64,000 nucleotides of DNA from Bilabrum cf. latius (lineage: Eukaryota), in NCBI GenBank assembly GCA_965178125.1, contig OZ237756.1:930001-994000 (forward strand). Reading direction: 5' to 3'. Of this stretch, positions 60,089 to 64,000 are shown in pieces. How positions within the stretch are numbered: the first letter of the stretch is position 1; each line of letters opens with the position of its first letter. The notes beneath the pieces are model-generated. The model was given only the letters and a program-made list of their open reading frames with translations, made no database searches and was not told the origin of the DNA. The translations under genes were made by a program, and so were the position numbers.

Positions 60089-63000
60089 TATCTAATATAA
60101 AGTCAGGGACAGGGTCGGGGAAAAAATATTTTCATCTTCACTTTTTGTCGAAAAAATACAACATAGGATCTCGGCAACCACAGGAGATATGAAGACCGTT
60201 GAAACGGCATTAGGACCGCCTAGGGGCACAACATGGGGCAAATGCTCCCCAGGTTCCGTTTTTGTCGCGCGGCGCCGATATGGATCGATGAAGATTTACA
60301 TGCTGCAAAAATACAACATAGGATCTCGGCAACCACAGGAGATATGAAGACCGTTGAAACGGCATTAGGACCGCCTAGGGGCACAACATGGGGCAAATGT
60401 TCCCCAGGTTCCGTTTTTGTCGCGCGGCGCCGATATGGATCGATGAAGATTTACATGCTGCAAAAATACAACATAGGATCTCGGCAACCACAGGAGATAT
60501 GAAGACCGTTGAAACGGCATTAGGACCGCCTAGGGGCACAACATGGGGCAAATGTTCCCCAGGTTCCGTTTTTGTCGCGCGGTGCCGATATGGATCGATG
60601 AAGATTTACATGCTGCAAAAATACAACATAGGATTTCGGCAACCACAGGAGATATGAAGACCGTTGAAACGGCATTAGGACCGCCTAGGGGCACAACATG
60701 GGGCAAATGTTCCCCAGGTTCCGTTTTTGTCGCGCGGTGCCGATATGGATCGATGAAGATTTACATGCTGCAAAAATACAACATAGGATCTCGGCAACCA
60801 CAGGAGATATGAAGACCGTTGAAACGGCATTAGGACCGCCTGGGGGCACAACATGGGGCAAATGTTCCCCAGGTTCCGTTTTTGTCGCGCGGCGCCGATA
60901 TGGATCGATGAAGATTTACATGCTGCAAAAATACAACATAGGATCTCGGCAACCACAGGAGATATGAAGACCGTTGAAACGGCATTAGGACCGCCTAGGG
61001 GCACAACATGGGGCAAATGTTCCCCAGGTTCCGTTTTTGTCGCGCGGCGCCGATATGGATCGATGAAGATTTACATGCTGCAAGGGGGGGGGGTTAAGGG
61101 TTAGGGTTAGGGTTAGGGTTAGGGTTAGGGTTAGGGTTAGGGTTAGGGTTAGGGTTAGGGTTAGGGTTAGGGTTAGGGTTAGGGTTAGGGTTAGGGTTAG
61201 GGTTAGGGTTAGGGTTAGGGTTAGGGTTAGGGTTAGGGTTAGGGTTAGGGTTAGGGTTAGGGTTAGGGTTAGGGTTAGGGTTAGGGTTAGGGTTAGGGTT
61301 AGGGTTAGGGTTAGGGTTAGGGTTAGGGTTAGGGTTAGGGTTAGGGTTAGGGTTAGGGTTAGGGTTAGGGTTAGGGTTAGGGTTAGGGTTAGGGTATCTA
61401 ATATAAAGTCAGGGACAGGGTCGGGGAAAAAATATTTTCATCTTCACTTTTTGTCGAAAAAATACAACATAGGATCTCGGCAACCACAGGAGATATGAAG
61501 ACCGTTGAAACGGCATTAGGACCGCCTAGGGGCACAACATGGGGCAAATGCTCCCCAGGTTCCGTTTTTGTCGCGCGGCGCCGATATGGATCGATGAAGA
61601 TTTACATGCTGCAAAAATACAACATAGGATCTCGGCAACCACAGGAGATATGAAGACCGTTGAAACGGCATTAGGACCGCCTAGGGGCACAACATGGGGC
61701 AAATGTTCCCCAGGTTCCGTTTTTGTCGCGCGGCGCCGATATGGATCGATGAAGATTTACATGCTGCAAAAATACAACATAGGATCTCGGCAACCACAGG
61801 AGATATGAAGACCGTTGAAACGGCATTAGGACCGCCTAGGGGCACAACATGGGGCAAATGTTCCCCAGGTTCCGTTTTTGTCGCGCGGTGCCGATATGGA
61901 TCGATGAAGATTTACATGCTGCAAAAATACAACATAGGATTTCGGCAACCACAGGAGATATGAAGACCGTTGAAACGGCATTAGGACCGCCTAGGGGCAC
62001 AACATGGGGCAAATGTTCCCCAGGTTCCGTTTTTGTCGCGCGGTGCCGATATGGATCGATGAAGATTTACATGCTGCAAAAATACAACATAGGATCTCGG
62101 CAACCACAGGAGATATGAAGACCGTTGAAACGGCATTAGGACCGCCTGGGGGCACAACATGGGGCAAATGTTCCCCAGGTTCCGTTTTTGTCGCGCGGCG
62201 CCGATATGGATCGATGAAGATTTACATGCTGCAAAAATACAACATAGGATCTCGGCAACCACAGGAGATATGAAGACCGTTGAAACGGCATTAGGACCGC
62301 CTAGGGGCACAACATGGGGCAAATGTTCCCCAGGTTCCGTTTTTGTCGCGCGGCGCCGATATGGATCGATGAAGATTTACATGCTGCAAGGGGGGGGGGT
62401 TAAGGGTTAGGGTTAGGGTTAGGGTTAGGGTTAGGGTTAGGGTTAGGGTTAGGGTTAGGGTTAGGGTTAGGGTTAGGGTTAGGGTTAGGGTTAGGGTTAG
62501 GGTTAGGGTTAGGGTTAGGGTTAGGGTTAGGGTTAGGGTTAGGGTTAGGGTTAGGGTTAGGGTTAGGGTTAGGGTTAGGGTTAGGGTTAGGGTTAGGGTT
62601 AGGGTTAGGGTTAGGGTTAGGGTTAGGGTTAGGGTTAGGGTTAGGGTTAGGGTTAGGGTTAGGGTTAGGGTTAGGGTTAGGGTTAGGGTTAGGGTTAGGG
62701 TATCTAATATAAAGTCAGGGACAGGGTCGGGGAAAAAATATTTTCATCTTCACTTTTTGTCGAAAAAATACAACATAGGATCTCGGCAACCACAGGAGAT
62801 ATGAAGACCGTTGAAACGGCATTAGGACCGCCTAGGGGCACAACATGGGGCAAATGCTCCCCAGGTTCCGTTTTTGTCGCGCGGCGCCGATATGGATCGA
62901 TGAAGATTTACATGCTGCAAAAATACAACATAGGATCTCGGCAACCACAGGAGATATGAAGACCGTTGAAACGGCATTAGGACCGCCTAGGGGCACAACA

Positions 63001-63904
63001 TGGGGCAAATGTTCCCCAGGTTCCGTTTTTGTCGCGCGGCGCCGATATGGATCGATGAAGATTTACATGCTGCAAAAATACAACATAGGATCTCGGCAAC
63101 CACAGGAGATATGAAGACCGTTGAAACGGCATTAGGACCGCCTAGGGGCACAACATGGGGCAAATGTTCCCCAGGTTCCGTTTTTGTCGCGCGGTGCCGA
63201 TATGGATCGATGAAGATTTACATGCTGCAAAAATACAACATAGGATTTCGGCAACCACAGGAGATATGAAGACCGTTGAAACGGCATTAGGACCGCCTAG
63301 GGGCACAACATGGGGCAAATGTTCCCCAGGTTCCGTTTTTGTCGCGCGGTGCCGATATGGATCGATGAAGATTTACATGCTGCAAAAATACAACATAGGA
63401 TCTCGGCAACCACAGGAGATATGAAGACCGTTGAAACGGCATTAGGACCGCCTGGGGGCACAACATGGGGCAAATGTTCCCCAGGTTCCGTTTTTGTCGC
63501 GCGGCGCCGATATGGATCGATGAAGATTTACATGCTGCAAAAATACAACATAGGATCTCGGCAACCACAGGAGATATGAAGACCGTTGAAACGGCATTAG
63601 GACCGCCTAGGGGCACAACATGGGGCAAATGTTCCCCAGGTTCCGTTTTTGTCGCGCGGCGCCGATATGGATCGATGAAGATTTACATGCTGCAAGGGGG
63701 GGGGGTTAAGGGTTAGGGTTAGGGTTAGGGTTAGGGTTAGGGTTAGGGTTAGGGTTAGGGTTAGGGTTAGGGTTAGGGTTAGGGTTAGGGTTAGGGTTAG
63801 GGTTAGGGTTAGGGTTAGGGTTAGGGTTAGGGTTAGGGTTAGGGTTAGGGTTAGGGTTAGGGTTAGGGTTAGGGTTAGGGTTAGGGTTAGGGTTAGGGTT
63901 AGGG
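60089..63904 (+). repeat. three copies of a 1306-bp higher-order unit: leader + ~6 x 155-bp subfamily C + G10 + (TTAGGG)n
   Basis: Leaders at 60089, 61395 and 62701 (spacing 1306). The third unit is 1204 bp (17 fewer telomere repeats). The same monomer variants occur at the same positions in each copy. Confidence 0.95.
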
Positions 63905-64000
63905 TATCTAATATAAAGTCAGGGACAGGGTCGGGGAAAAAATATTTTCATCTTCAATATTTGTCGAAAAACGACGTGCTACGATCTCGGCAACTACAGG
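63905..64000 (+). repeat. start of another leader + subfamily A unit (runs off the window)
   Basis: Leader followed by AAAACGACGTGCTACGATCTCGG as at 56746. Confidence 0.9.

Noticed and set aside
56810-63700. CRISPR-like array
   Set aside because: Monomers are wholly repeated with no unique spacers; eukaryotic context and no cas genes
56890-63716. Repeated 71-113 aa ORFs in the 155-bp arrays
   Set aside because: The period 155 is not a multiple of 3; the ORFs are by-products of the satellite

Overview
Gene-dense, GC-rich eukaryotic (protist) chromosome arm with short GT-AG introns, ending in a complex telomeric region from about 55.87 kb. The main result is a non-standard nuclear genetic code. 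Almost every gene is broken in the standard-code ORF track by in-frame TAG codons. These fall at conserved Gln positions (ThrRS QCATI*LDF, TBC catalytic GYV*S, EF-hand repeat T-x-x-*-F), while genes end in TGA or TAA. So UAG is read as Gln and UAA/UGA remain stops. Read that way, the window holds about 23 genes, including a PINK1-like pseudokinase-ARM-RING fusion, SDE2 with an inserted SPRY domain, a four-domain EEEE voltage-gated Ca channel, D-lactate dehydrogenase, LSm8, EF-hand proteins, mitochondrial ThrRS, a TBC RabGAP, Spc24-like, p24/TMED, claudin-like, 7TM, VPS37-like, SECIS-binding protein 2 and an ACSF3-like synthetase. The distal 8 kb alternates (TTAGGG)n tracts with a modular unit: a near-invariant ~60-bp leader followed by arrays of three related 155-bp satellite subfamilies. 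It includes a 1306-bp higher-order repeat and a truncated gene fragment capped by telomere repeats. Gene models were derived by eye, so start codons and intron borders are approximate. Sequence style suggests a heterotrophic stramenopile-like flagellate, but that is inference only.
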